Counted from the stretch's first letter, positions 25,666 to 39,525 are shown. The stretch is DNA of 48,188 nt from Candidatus Moranbacteria bacterium RIFCSPHIGHO2_01_FULL_54_31 (GCA_001784695.1 MFRV01000003.1:1-48188); one strand, 5' to 3'. Numbers and translations: made by a program. The notes: generated from the sequence alone by a model not told the origin.

Positions 25666-25855
25666 AAGTATGACAATGAATTAGGAATTATGAAAAAATG
25701 ATTCCCCGACAAAGAAAGCCTGCCTTGTGGGGAGTGGTTCTTCCTGATCCCCTTTGACATCGCCCTTCGATAGGGCTCAGGGTCAAGAGGCGGGATGAAC
25801 ATCGGACTTTCTCAGTTGTTTTCACAGCCTATCAGATATCCTCTTTTTTGGCAAG

Positions 25856-25879
25856 CCCCGCCTCTCGCGAGAGGCGGGG
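25856..25879. repeat. 10-bp perfect hairpin CCCCGCCTCT-CGCG-AGAGGCGGGG (copy 1 of 2)
   Basis: It lies directly after the transglycosylase stop codon. An almost identical copy sits at 31970-31993. It is flanked on both sides by GCAAG/CAAG. Confidence 0.6.
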
Positions 25880-25888
25880 CAAGTCCCG

Positions 25889-27163
25889 TCAAAGATTCTT
25901 GTAATTGCCCGAGAGGCTCTGGATCGTCTTCGCGTAATTGTTCAAAGCGTAGCACGACCAGCCGAGATAGCGCATCGACGCATACGTTTCCCATTTGACG
26001 CTCACCTTTTTCCCGTTGCACGGACTCGTGATCGTCGTCTTTCCATCCTTGGCTCCGCCGTCATTGGACAGCTTGGATGCCATCGCCATCACGCCATCGG
26101 TCAGGTTCCACGGATCGGGAGGATTATGCCCTGTCCGCGACGCGATAACACTCTTGTATCCCTTCCAGGTATCCGCCATAAATTGCGCCGCTCCCATAGC
26201 GCCACCGGTGCCTTTGTAGCTTCTGGGCGGACAGGACACTTTCAGTTTCTTATAATCATACTTCAGCTCACTGGCTATTTCCTTGAAAATACCCAAACGA
26301 TATGCGCTCATCCGGCTCTGCTTATAATCGCAGCCGCCGACAGAAGCGCCCAAACGCGATTCGACCGACAGCATACCGAACAAAAATCCTTCGCGCACGC
26401 CGGTCTTGCTCGCAGCGAATTTGATCGCGTCTTTGATATTTTTCGCATCATAGCTTTTACCGAGCAGCTTGTTCAAGTCGCCTTTCAATTCGTTGAGCTT
26501 GGACTGCAATTCCGCGATCGTCGCCTGTTGTTCTTCGAGATCATCCTGTGTTTCTACTTTTTCAGAAACAAGCGCCTGCTTCTGCTTATTCTTGATCGCC
26601 AGCAATTGCGCGTGATCGGCTTTGGTTTCCTCAAGAGAACGCTTCTCATCGGTGACCTTGGCCCGCATTTCTCCTATGTCTCTGATGACCTCCTGCATTT
26701 TTTCTTGCGTAGAGAACAGGTTGTCATTCCCCTGGAAAAAGCCAAGGAGGTCATTTTCAGAGAGCACGATGCCCGCCAAGGGGACATCTCCCGTGAAATA
26801 CATTTCCTGGATCAACCCTGCCAACACATGGCGCTCCAGCACGAGCTGCTGCTCCAGATTGGCGATCTCCTTTTCTTTCTGTCCTATGGTCTGTTCGGTC
26901 TGATTGAGCAGATTCTGCACGCGGAGAATGAGCGCCTGAGTAGACGTGAGCGACGAATTGATCTGGGTCAGATCCTGTTTCAGCGCGTTGAGTTCCTGCG
27001 TTTCCTGCTTGAGCTTTTTTTCGATCTTGCTGATGTCACTTTCGATATCTCCCGCATCTGTCTGAGCAAACACCGGTGTAGCGCTCGTCACCCAGCACAA
27101 GAAAAGGGCGAAAATAGCGCCACTTATGAGCAGAGAAGGTGTGTTTTGCTTTTGATTTTGCAT
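25889..27163 (-). CDS. Secreted coiled-coil protein with a C-terminal MltB-like lytic transglycosylase domain
   Basis: It has a signal/TM segment, then ~200 aa of heptad-like, Q/E/K/L-rich coiled coil. After that come ...GMLSVESRLGASVG... (catalytic ES) and ...GGAMGAAQFMADTW... (SLT_2-like). I set the start at the ATG at 27163; the track uses a GTG at 27181. Confidence 0.75.
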   Translation of the reverse strand: MQNQKQNTPSLLISGAIFALFLCWVTSATPVFAQTDAGDIESDISKIEKKLKQETQELNALKQDLTQINSSLTSTQALILRVQNLLNQTEQTIGQKEKEIANLEQQLVLERHVLAGLIQEMYFTGDVPLAGIVLSENDLLGFFQGNDNLFSTQEKMQEVIRDIGEMRAKVTDEKRSLEETKADHAQLLAIKNKQKQALVSEKVETQDDLEEQQATIAELQSKLNELKGDLNKLLGKSYDAKNIKDAIKFAASKTGVREGFLFGMLSVESRLGASVGGCDYKQSRMSAYRLGIFKEIASELKYDYKKLKVSCPPRSYKGTGGAMGAAQFMADTWKGYKSVIASRTGHNPPDPWNLTDGVMAMASKLSNDGGAKDGKTTITSPCNGKKVSVKWETYASMRYLGWSCYALNNYAKTIQSLSGNYKNL

Positions 27164-27268
27164 ATAACGATAGTATAACACACCCTCAAACGAGGTTTAT
27201 GAAGTCTGTTTTGAGCCAAAAAGAGCGCTCCCTGCTTGGAACGCCCCTGGTTGCCCGGCTGCTTACGC

Positions 27269-28309
27269 CTACTCTTCGACTTCCACTTTCGCTGCCACCA
27301 CCCCCTCTTTCGCTTGCTTGAGTATGGCTTTTTCGATTTCCTTCGCGATTTTAGCATTCTCCTTGAGGAACGCTTTGGCATTCTCGCGTCCGACACCGAG
27401 CTTCACCTCGCCGAATGAGAACGAGTTGCCAGCCTTCTTCACCGCCCCATAGAGCACGCCGGCGTCGAGGACATCTCCGGAAAATGAGATGCCTTCATTG
27501 TACATGATGTCGAACTCCGCCGTGCGGAATGGCGCCGCCACCTTGTTCTTCACCACTTTCGCCTTGACGCGATTGCCCACCACCACTTCGCCGCGCTTGA
27601 TCTGGGCGCTGCGCCTCACTTCGATACGCACCGAGGAATAGAATTTGAGCGCCTGTCCGCCGGTCGTCGTTTCCGGGTTGCCGAACATCACGCCTATTTT
27701 CATACGGATCTGATTGATGAAGATCACCACCACGTTCGAACGCGCGATGATAGCGGTCAGCTTGCGGAGCGCCTGCGACATCAGTCTCGCCTGGCGTCCC
27801 ACATGATGATCCCCCATCTCCCCTTCGATTTCCGCTTTCGGCACGAGCGCGGCCACCGAATCGACAACGATGACATCCACCAGATTGGAACGCACCAAGG
27901 TCTCCACGATGTCGAGCGCCTGTTCGCCGTTGTCCGGCTGAGAGATCAGCAGATCGTTGATGTTGACGCCGATACGCTTGGCATATTCCGGATCCAGCGC
28001 ATGTTCGGCATCCACGAATGCCGCCACGCCGCCTGCTTTCTGAGCATTGGCCACGATGTGGAGCGAGAGCGTCGTCTTGCCGGAAGATTCCGGCCCATAG
28101 ATCTCTACCACGCGGCCGCGCGGTACGCCGCCGATGCCGAGCGCGATGTCGAGCGATACCGAACCGGTCGGGATCACCTCTACATCGACTTTGCGGACAT
28201 CTCCCAATTTCATCATCATCCCCTCGCCGAACTTCTCCTCGATCGCGTTCAGCACGCTGCTGATCTTGTCTTGCCCTGTCGCTGCGCCGGAGGTCTGTTT
28301 TTTCGCCAT
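27269..28309 (-). CDS. recA: Recombinase RecA
   Basis: MAKKQTSG...[15 protein letters not shown]...[17 protein letters not shown]...FVDAEHALD...IVVDSVAAL... I trimmed the start to the ATG at 28309. The 64-aa upstream extension of the track ORF is not RecA-like. Confidence 0.97.
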   Translation of the reverse strand: MAKKQTSGAATGQDKISSVLNAIEEKFGEGMMMKLGDVRKVDVEVIPTGSVSLDIALGIGGVPRGRVVEIYGPESSGKTTLSLHIVANAQKAGGVAAFVDAEHALDPEYAKRIGVNINDLLISQPDNGEQALDIVETLVRSNLVDVIVVDSVAALVPKAEIEGEMGDHHVGRQARLMSQALRKLTAIIARSNVVVIFINQIRMKIGVMFGNPETTTGGQALKFYSSVRIEVRRSAQIKRGEVVVGNRVKAKVVKNKVAAPFRTAEFDIMYNEGISFSGDVLDAGVLYGAVKKAGNSFSFGEVKLGVGRENAKAFLKENAKIAKEIEKAILKQAKEGVVAAKVEVEE

Positions 28310-28418
28310 AAGATAAATATGAATTATATCGGATACCGTATCATTGTATTCTATTTGCCAGGGAGAGAGCAAGGGAGACCTCGCTATCATGGAAGGCGGA
28401 AAGCGCGACTCTCCTTTC

Positions 28419-29432
28419 CTACTCTTGTTTGCCGAGCGCCGTAAAGACGACATCCTGCGTGGCAATTCCGTCGCTCCCGAGCGGCTCGGCTGGCGTGCCA
28501 TTGAAGCGTACGAGCGTCTTGGCAGGGTTTGCCGACGTAACCTTGATACGCTCCTGTGCCTCCGCTGTCTGAAGCTCCCCGGGCTTCAGGATGCCGCTGA
28601 AGACAACCGTGCCATCAGCTTCCAGAGTGATGGCCAGCGGCGCCTCGGATACCGCCACCTCCAGATGAAACGTCTGTGCGGCGTTCACCTGAGTCCTGTC
28701 TTCTGCCGCCACCTCAGCGACTGATGGCGTATAATGCGCCTCGATCGAGAAGGTCTCCGACTTTTCCTTATCAAAACGGTTGATGGAAACCACGGTCACC
28801 GTATTCAGCCCCGGTTGCAGGATCAGCTTGCCGGAAAACTCGCCTTCATTACCGACGAAGACCGGCTGGTTGTTGATGGAGACGCGCGCACCCTTATCGG
28901 TCTTGCCTTCTACGACGATGTCACCGGTCTCCACGGTCGTGCCGCTGGCCGGACTGAGGATGACGAGACGCGGCGCACCGGCGAAGGCCTGGAATTCGCG
29001 ATACAGATACAAGAACGCTCCTCCCACCAAGAGACACATCATCGCTATCACCACTGAACGCGGCGTGACTACCAGCGAAGAAATATCTATATTCTTGACA
29101 TTGAAAGTTTTTTTCGGGGCACTCTGGCTCAGGTTAGCCTGGATATTGCGCTCGCGTTCATAGAGTTTGATGAACGCCTGCTCATCGATATTCAGATAAC
29201 GGGCATAGCTCCTGAGAAATCCGCGCACATAAACATCGGCTGGAAGCTTGTCATACTGGCCATTCTCGAGATACTCCAAGTATTTCACTTGGATTTTGGT
29301 CACCTTGGAAATCTCAGCCAGACTCATACGGAAATCGCCCCGGAGCTTCTTCAATTTCTCGCCGAGCGTGAGCGATTCGACTTTTTTACGCGTAAAGCCA
29401 TCTTTCATATCGGAAAAAGATATGTGATGCAT
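28419..29432 (-). CDS. RodZ-like protein (HTH domain, TM segment, extracellular beta-rich domain)
   Basis: ...[59 protein letters not shown]... is the RodZ-type HTH, followed by a TM helix. The start is uncertain: ATG at 29432 or at 29408. Confidence 0.7.
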   Translation of the reverse strand: MHHISFSDMKDGFTRKKVESLTLGEKLKKLRGDFRMSLAEISKVTKIQVKYLEYLENGQYDKLPADVYVRGFLRSYARYLNIDEQAFIKLYERERNIQANLSQSAPKKTFNVKNIDISSLVVTPRSVVIAMMCLLVGGAFLYLYREFQAFAGAPRLVILSPASGTTVETGDIVVEGKTDKGARVSINNQPVFVGNEGEFSGKLILQPGLNTVTVVSINRFDKEKSETFSIEAHYTPSVAEVAAEDRTQVNAAQTFHLEVAVSEAPLAITLEADGTVVFSGILKPGELQTAEAQERIKVTSANPAKTLVRFNGTPAEPLGSDGIATQDVVFTALGKQE

Positions 29433-29513
29433 GATAAGTGATACATGATACAGAAACTTTTCTTTCCCGCATCCCCCATCTCTCATCCATTATCTTTTAT
29501 CAATTATCTGCCC

Positions 29514-31892
29514 CTAGAGTTGCCACTTATCGCGCTCGCCCTGATCGGCAAGCGCGTCATCCCCGTATTTCTTTTCCTCTGCATCGGCCGCAACATCATT
29601 GTCCGCCTTGCTAAGCAGCACTTTTTTCTTGCCATCCACCATCCCGACGACGCCGTTTTCCTCGAACAGATGCATGAGACGGGCGGCACGCGGATACCCG
29701 ATACTGAACGCGGTCTGCAGAGACGTGGTCGAAGCGCGTCCCGTTTCCGTTATGAGCCGCTTCGCCTGTTCATAGAGATCGTCCTCTTTGGATCCGTCAT
29801 CCATCGCATCCAGCGTCTCCGTAATACTGCTCTGCCCCGCATCGGGCGCGCTGAAATCCTCCCCGATCTCATCTTCACCCAAGTCTTCTTTCTGCTTGCG
29901 GAGGAACGCCGTGACACGCTTCACCTCGTCATCGGAGACGAACACGCCCTGCAAGCGCTTGATCTCCGTCCCTTCGGATGGCGAATAGAGCATATCTCCA
30001 TTGCCGAGCAATTTTTCCGCACCGCCGGTATCGAGAATCGTGCGGGAATCGATCTGAGTCGTCACCTGAAAAGCGATACGGGTCGGAATATTGGCTTTGA
30101 TCGTACCGGTCAATATCTCCACGCTCGGACGCTGCGTCGCCAGTATCAGATGAATGCCGATAGCGCGCGACATCTGTGCCAGGCGGATGACGACTGATTC
30201 CACGTCTTTGCCGTGCGCCACCATCAGATCCGCCATCTCATCAATGACGATCACGATGTAGGGCAGCGATTCGAGGTTTTCCTCGCGTACTTTTCCGGTC
30301 TCCGTATCCACGACGGTTTTCATCTCGCCGCGCGCATATTTCTCGCGGTAGCCTGCGAGATCGCGCGTATGCACCTCTTCGAGCAGCCTGTACCGACGCT
30401 CCATCTCGCCGACCGCCCACTTGAGCACATTCACCACTTTCTTGTTATCGACGATTACGTCGGTCTTCAGATGCGGGATGCCCTTGTAAGCGGACAATTC
30501 TACGCGTTTCGGGTCTACCAATATCAGTTTGATGTCCTCGGGAGAATTCTGATAGAGGAGCGAGAGGAGGAGCGTATTGATGCAGACGCTCTTGCCGGAA
30601 CCGGTGCGCCCCGCGATCAAGAGGTGCGGCATCTTGCGCAGGTCGCAGAGGATATGCTTGCCGGCGACATCCTGGCCGAGGATGAGCATCAGGTTGGATT
30701 TGCGCTCGCGGAATTCCTTGCTTTCCAGAATCGCTTTGAGACGGACCGTCGCTACGGATTTGTTGGGTATTTCGATCCCGATGAGCGATTGCCCGGGAAT
30801 AGGCGCTTCGATGCGGATGGACTGTGCGGCAAGGGCGAGGGCCAGATCATTCGAAAGCGTCGTGATACGCGACAGTTTCACGCCGAAAGCCGGGCGGAAC
30901 GTATACTGCGTCACGGTCGGTCCCACGCGCACTTCTCCCGGCTCGACAGCAATGCCGAAATACTTGAGCGTGCTCTGGATGACATGCTTGTTGCGCTCCG
31001 TGTCTCCGCCGCTCGCCTGTCCCGTCGTCGATTCCATCAGGTCTACCGGCGGCAGCTCCCAGCGTACGAAATGGCGCTTCTGCGACAGACGCCTGCGTCC
31101 CGAGGCGACAGCGCTGTCGCCTCGGATGCTCGCATCGGCTTTGGCGGTTTCATCGATGCTCGAAGGCGTTTCCTCATCGCGGAACTGCAGGTTGCGGATA
31201 TTGTTCTCTTCCAAGCTGGCGCTTTCTGGCAACATAGCCGTCTCATCGACCGGTTCGGATACGACTGGCGCAGCTGGGATTTCCACAACGGGCGCATCGC
31301 CTGCCAGCGCTCCTTCTGAGCCAATTTCTTCGGACTTGCGTCCCAGCTTCTCTTGCAAGCGTTCGACAAAATGAATGAGAGAAACATTGAAGGCCGCGAT
31401 CATCCCCGCCGCGAACAGCGCGAGGAGAATGATCGTCCCCGCTACTCTACCGGTAAAATTACTGAGCAGATACGCAAAGCCGAATCCTATGAAACCTCCG
31501 CCCTGTCCGGCCTGCGCCACCTGCAAGAGTTCTTTGGTGCTTACGCCGCTATACAGATGAAACAACCCTAACGTCGCGAAAAAACCGAGGATCAATCCGA
31601 CAAACTTCACGGCATCCGCCAAAGTCGTCGTGCGGCGCTTGAGGAACATCAGTCCCGCGATGACGAGCAGGATCGGCAGAAGCCATTTCCCCCATCCCAC
31701 CAGCATTCCGAGCCCCGTGTCGAGCCACTCTCCCAACACGCCTGCCGTATTGAAATATGCCAGAAGGAAAAGAAGGGAAAGCGCGAACAAAAAAACCGCG
31801 GCGATGCTTCTTTTCGCATCGCTATGGAGAATGTCCTCGAATGTGAATCCGTCGTCTTCCGGTTCTACCGGCACCTTTTTCTTCCGTCCCAT
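29514..31892 (-). CDS. ftsK: DNA translocase FtsK/SpoIIIE
   Basis: N-terminal TM helices, then ...LLIAGRTGSGKSVCINTLLLSLL... (Walker A), ...IVIVIDEMADLM... (Walker B) and a C-terminal winged-helix gamma domain. Confidence 0.93.
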   Translation of the reverse strand: MGRKKKVPVEPEDDGFTFEDILHSDAKRSIAAVFLFALSLLFLLAYFNTAGVLGEWLDTGLGMLVGWGKWLLPILLVIAGLMFLKRRTTTLADAVKFVGLILGFFATLGLFHLYSGVSTKELLQVAQAGQGGGFIGFGFAYLLSNFTGRVAGTIILLALFAAGMIAAFNVSLIHFVERLQEKLGRKSEEIGSEGALAGDAPVVEIPAAPVVSEPVDETAMLPESASLEENNIRNLQFRDEETPSSIDETAKADASIRGDSAVASGRRRLSQKRHFVRWELPPVDLMESTTGQASGGDTERNKHVIQSTLKYFGIAVEPGEVRVGPTVTQYTFRPAFGVKLSRITTLSNDLALALAAQSIRIEAPIPGQSLIGIEIPNKSVATVRLKAILESKEFRERKSNLMLILGQDVAGKHILCDLRKMPHLLIAGRTGSGKSVCINTLLLSLLYQNSPEDIKLILVDPKRVELSAYKGIPHLKTDVIVDNKKVVNVLKWAVGEMERRYRLLEEVHTRDLAGYREKYARGEMKTVVDTETGKVREENLESLPYIVIVIDEMADLMVAHGKDVESVVIRLAQMSRAIGIHLILATQRPSVEILTGTIKANIPTRIAFQVTTQIDSRTILDTGGAEKLLGNGDMLYSPSEGTEIKRLQGVFVSDDEVKRVTAFLRKQKEDLGEDEIGEDFSAPDAGQSSITETLDAMDDGSKEDDLYEQAKRLITETGRASTTSLQTAFSIGYPRAARLMHLFEENGVVGMVDGKKKVLLSKADNDVAADAEEKKYGDDALADQGERDKWQL

Positions 31893-31967
31893 AGAAAAAT
31901 CCGTCTATTAAAGCCCGAGTCTTCCAATACGATCAGTATATCACAAAAGGGAATCTTCATTCAAAAC

Positions 31968-31995
31968 AACCCCGCCTCTCGCAAGAGGCGGGGTT
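31968..31995 (-). terminator. rpoC terminator (copy 2 of the CCCCGCCTCT hairpin)
   Basis: The minus sense reads AA-CCCCGCCTCT-TGCG-AGAGGCGGGG-TT followed by GTTTTG. Confidence 0.6.
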
Positions 31996-32021
31996 GAAAG
32001 CTGAGAGCACATGCAAGCGAC

Positions 32022-35612
<3,591 letters not shown>

Positions 35613-35649
35613 AATGTTGCTTGAGGTGAAGATTTAAGAAAGTGAAGCG

Positions 35650-38600
35650 TTAGACGATAGCGATATTCCCTGCGGCAGCAGAGTCATCGGATTCGGTCCG
35701 TGCTCCTTTGAGTTCGACATTGAGACACAGGCCCTTCAGTTCGTTCACGAGCACGTGGAACGAAGCCGGCAGGTTCGGACTCTTGATCGGCTCGCCCTTG
35801 ATGATCGACTCATAGGCCTTGGAGCGGCCCAATACATCATCGGATTTGATAGTCAGCATTTCTTGGAGCGTATACGCGGCACCATAGCCTTCGAGCGCCC
35901 ACACTTCCATTTCACCGAATCTTTGCCCGCCGAATTGCGCCTTGCCGCCGAGCGGCTGCTGGGTGATGAGCGAGTAGGGACCGATGGAACGCATATGCAG
36001 CTTGTCTTCGATCAGATGATTGAGTTTCATTATATACATCACTCCGACCGTCGATTCGTTGTCGAAAGGCTGTCCGGTCTTGCCGTCAATCAGCCTGATT
36101 TTGCCGTTTTCCGGCAGTCCGGCCGCTTTCAATTCTTTCTTGATATCCTCTTCGGACACGCCATCGAGAGCCATGCTCGCGACTTTGTATCCCTGCTTCG
36201 ACGCCGCCCAACCCAAGTGCGTTTCGAGGATCTGTCCGATGTTCATACGGGAAGCCACGCCGAGCGAGTTGAGTACGACATCGACCGGAGTCCCGTCCGG
36301 GAGGTAAGGCATATCTTCGGCAGCCGCGATATACGAGATGACGCCCTTGTTGCCGTGCCGTCCGGCGAGCTTATCACCGACAGAGATCTTTCTCATCTGC
36401 GCGACGGAGACCTGGATCTGCTGGAACACGCCCATCGGCAGCTTGTCGCCGCGCTCACGGGAGAAAATCTTCACATCGACTATTTTGCCGTGTTCGCCGT
36501 GCGGAAGATACATCGACGAATCCTTCACATCGCGGGACTTCTCGCCGAAAATGACGCGGAGCAACCGCTCTTCAGCCGTGAGATCGCCTTCGCCCTTCGG
36601 CGTGATTTTCCCCACCAGGATATCCCCAGAAGAGATCTCCGCACCGATGCGGATGATGCCGTTCTCGTCGAGGTTCTTCAGGCGGTCTTCGCCGATGTTC
36701 GGGATATCGCGGGTCACGACTTCCGGACCAAGCTTGGTATCGCGCACATCGATCGAGAAATCCTCGATATGGATAGAGCTCCAGCGATCGCCCTGCACCA
36801 CGCGTTCGGAGACGATGATGGCGTCTTCATAGTTGTAGCCGTTCCATGGCACGAAGGCCACCAGCATATTCTGTCCGAGAGCCAGCTCGCCATGATCCGT
36901 CGACGCGCCGTCAGCGAGCATCTCGCCCTTCTCGACGATCTGCCCCTTCTCGACGCGCGGAATCTGGTTCATGCTCGTGAACGCGTTGGACTTCTCGAAA
37001 CTCTGGAGGATGTAATCGGTATCGTTATGATCTTTCTTGGCACCGGCCCGCTTCGCCGTAGCGTCATCAAAACGAGTCGGGGCCTTGGAGCGCACCACGA
37101 TATGATTGGCATCCACGGTCACCACTTCGCCTGCCTGCTGCGCCAATACCACCTGACCGGAATCGCGGGCAGCCTTGTCTTCGATGCCTGTTCCGACGAT
37201 CGGGGCTTCCGGTACGACGCACGACACCGCCTGGCGCTGCATATTCGAACCCATCAATGCGCGGTTGGCATCATCGTGCTCGACGAACGGAATGAGCGCG
37301 GTCGCGATCGAGATGCACTGCTTCACGGAAACATCCATATAATCCACCACTTCCGCTTCGATAGTTTCCGGATGACCCTTCACGCGGGCCTCTACCATCG
37401 ATTCGACGATATTGCGATGCTCGTCGATCGGCACGCCAGCATGGGCGATGATTTTCCGATCTTCGACGATAGCATTCAGGTATTCGATATCCAACGTCAC
37501 GAACGGCTTCACTTTGACCATCTCGCCTTTTTTCTTGGCAGCCACTTGCTTGGCTGTTGCTTCGGTCAACGTCTCGCCGCTCTTGGCCGCGCCTTCCACG
37601 TTTTCAGCGAGGATGCGGTTGATGAGCGCTTCGTGCTTGGCGGCCACTTCCTTTTTCACGATGAGGTACGGCGTCTCGAGAAAACCGTATTCGTTCACGC
37701 GGGCATAGCTCGCCAAATGACCGACCAGACCGATGTTCGGACCTTCCGGCGTCTCGATCGGACAGATGCGTCCGTAGTGGGAATGGTGCACGTCGCGCAC
37801 TTCGAAACCGGCACGCTCACGGGTGAGCCCGCCGGGACCCATCGCAGACAGGCGGCGCTTGTGTTCCAGCTCGGCGAGCGGGTTCACCTGGTCCATGAAT
37901 TGCGACAATTGGGAACTGGAAAAAAATTCTTTCACGGCAGCCGCGACCGGACGCGGATTGATGAGCTGACCGGGAACGACGGTCTCCGGATCGCAGGTGC
38001 TCATCCTGTCCTTGATATTGCGCACCATCCGGTACATGCCGACGCGCAGCTTGTTCTGAATCAGCTCGCCCACAGCGCGCACGCGGCGATTGCCGAGGTG
38101 ATCGATATCGTCAGGCCGGCCTTCCGGATCATTATTGAGACGAATGACTTCCTTCACGATCAGGACGAGATCATCGGTATTCAGGATACGGTTCGCTTCC
38201 GTATCGGCACGCTCGACGGAGAGCCGCTGGTTCAGGCGATAGCGTCCGACCGCGCCGAAGTCATAGCGCTCGAAATTGAAAAACATCGCATTGATCATCT
38301 GCTTGGCATTCTCTTCGGTCGCGAGGTCGCCCGGGCGCAAACGCTTGTACACTTCGCGATAGGCTTCGCCCTGATTGTGCGCCGGATCCTTGAGCAATGT
38401 CGTCTCGATATACTTGTTCTCGCCATCATCCGCACCGGCGAATTCGCTCCGCAGGCGCTTCTCATCGAAACCGAACGCCTTGAAAAGCCCGGTGATCGGC
38501 AGCTTGCGCTTGCGGTCGATCTTCACGGAAATCACGCCATCCAGATCGGTCTCGATTTCCAGCCAGGCGCCGCGATTCGGGATGATTTTGGCACCGAACA

Positions 38601-39093
38601 ATTTCTTCCCCTTCTGATAGTCCATCGTAAAAAACACTCCCGGGGAGCGGATGAGCTGGCTCACCACGACGCGCTCGACGCCGTTGATGATAAATGTGCC
38701 GCGCTCCGTCATGATCGGGAAATCTCCCAGGTAGATCTCCTGCTCCTTGACTTCGCCGGTCTGCTTCATAAGGAGCGTAGCCTTGGCGCGGAGCGGGGCT
38801 TCGTAGGAAATATTCTTGTTCTTGGCCACGAGAGCGCTGTACTTCGGCTCATCGAGATAGTAGTCATTGACAGTCAGCTCGAGATCCTTGCTCGTGAAGT
38901 CCGCGATCGGGTTAATCTCCGAAAAAAGCTCCTTCAGTCCTTTGTCCCAGAACCATTGGTAGGAGTCCGTCTGGACCTCGATCAGATCCGGCAGGGACAC
39001 CGTGATGCGATTATTGAAAAACCGGCGCTTCGAGAGAGAAGACTCCTTACCGAAAGAGTCTTTCACCCGCAATGCTTTCTCTCTGGTGGACAT
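35650..39093 (-). CDS. rpoB: DNA-directed RNA polymerase subunit beta
   Basis: 1147 aa: ...SQLSQFMDQVNPLAELEHKRRLSAMGPGGL... (Rif cluster I region) and ...GRHGNKGVIS... Confidence 0.98.
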   Translation of the reverse strand: MSTREKALRVKDSFGKESSLSKRRFFNNRITVSLPDLIEVQTDSYQWFWDKGLKELFSEINPIADFTSKDLELTVNDYYLDEPKYSALVAKNKNISYEAPLRAKATLLMKQTGEVKEQEIYLGDFPIMTERGTFIINGVERVVVSQLIRSPGVFFTMDYQKGKKLFGAKIIPNRGAWLEIETDLDGVISVKIDRKRKLPITGLFKAFGFDEKRLRSEFAGADDGENKYIETTLLKDPAHNQGEAYREVYKRLRPGDLATEENAKQMINAMFFNFERYDFGAVGRYRLNQRLSVERADTEANRILNTDDLVLIVKEVIRLNNDPEGRPDDIDHLGNRRVRAVGELIQNKLRVGMYRMVRNIKDRMSTCDPETVVPGQLINPRPVAAAVKEFFSSSQLSQFMDQVNPLAELEHKRRLSAMGPGGLTRERAGFEVRDVHHSHYGRICPIETPEGPNIGLVGHLASYARVNEYGFLETPYLIVKKEVAAKHEALINRILAENVEGAAKSGETLTEATAKQVAAKKKGEMVKVKPFVTLDIEYLNAIVEDRKIIAHAGVPIDEHRNIVESMVEARVKGHPETIEAEVVDYMDVSVKQCISIATALIPFVEHDDANRALMGSNMQRQAVSCVVPEAPIVGTGIEDKAARDSGQVVLAQQAGEVVTVDANHIVVRSKAPTRFDDATAKRAGAKKDHNDTDYILQSFEKSNAFTSMNQIPRVEKGQIVEKGEMLADGASTDHGELALGQNMLVAFVPWNGYNYEDAIIVSERVVQGDRWSSIHIEDFSIDVRDTKLGPEVVTRDIPNIGEDRLKNLDENGIIRIGAEISSGDILVGKITPKGEGDLTAEERLLRVIFGEKSRDVKDSSMYLPHGEHGKIVDVKIFSRERGDKLPMGVFQQIQVSVAQMRKISVGDKLAGRHGNKGVISYIAAAEDMPYLPDGTPVDVVLNSLGVASRMNIGQILETHLGWAASKQGYKVASMALDGVSEEDIKKELKAAGLPENGKIRLIDGKTGQPFDNESTVGVMYIMKLNHLIEDKLHMRSIGPYSLITQQPLGGKAQFGGQRFGEMEVWALEGYGAAYTLQEMLTIKSDDVLGRSKAYESIIKGEPIKSPNLPASFHVLVNELKGLCLNVELKGARTESDDSAAAGNIAIV

Positions 39094-39337
39094 AAAAAGA
39101 CACTCACGTGGACACTCCTTGCTTCAGTCAAAACCTTGAAACAAGTAGGACAAATGAGATTATGGGATAAAACTATTTTATTGTGGCTTGGGCACTCGTC
39201 CGCACCATTACGTTGGAGAATGTTAGCTTCTGCCGATTAAGCAACCATTTCCTTCTCCAGGTCTCGCCATCCAGACCTGACACCCACAGGCGATTCGAGA
39301 CAGAAAAGTCCGTCACTTTTCAAAATGAATACGCTTG

Positions 39338-39366
39338 ATTGTAACAACCTTTATTTTTCTTGTCAA
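39338..39366 (-). promoter_or_regulatory. Near-consensus promoter upstream of rpoB
   Basis: Minus sense: TTGACA (39366-39361), a 17-nt spacer, then TACAAT (39343-39338). It predicts a ~240-nt rpoB leader. Confidence 0.55.
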
Positions 39367-39496
39367 ATGAAAACCAAAAAATGGCTCCAGAAAGCCTTGG
39401 TACTGAAAAATATTATCGATGTATGGTCTTCACAAAGTACAGGATATCGCATACCCTCCCGCTCCTGAAACATCAGGGTGCGAGGGTCACACCGAA

Positions 39497-39525
39497 AGTA
39501 TACCCCGCAAGATAAAATATGTAAA
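39497..39525 (-). promoter_or_regulatory. Second candidate promoter in the tsaB-like/rpoB spacer
   Basis: Minus sense: TTTACA (39525-39520), a 17-nt spacer, then TATACT (39502-39497). Confidence 0.4.

Noticed and set aside
28310-28501. The 64-aa N-terminal extension of the recA track ORF.
   Set aside because: The extension is not RecA-like and overlaps the RodZ-like gene end. The canonical RecA N-terminus begins at the ATG at 28309.
35755-39240. A 1161-aa plus-strand ORF antisense to rpoB. Similar long antisense ORFs are 586..2025, 9557..10936, 33423..35006, 7760..8797, 44902..45996 and 17364..18242.
   Set aside because: Each overlaps a strongly recognisable gene on the opposite strand. The translations are low-complexity (R/H/D/L/G-rich) with no motifs. 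Such shadow ORFs are expected when the sense-strand codon usage avoids TTA, CTA and TCA.
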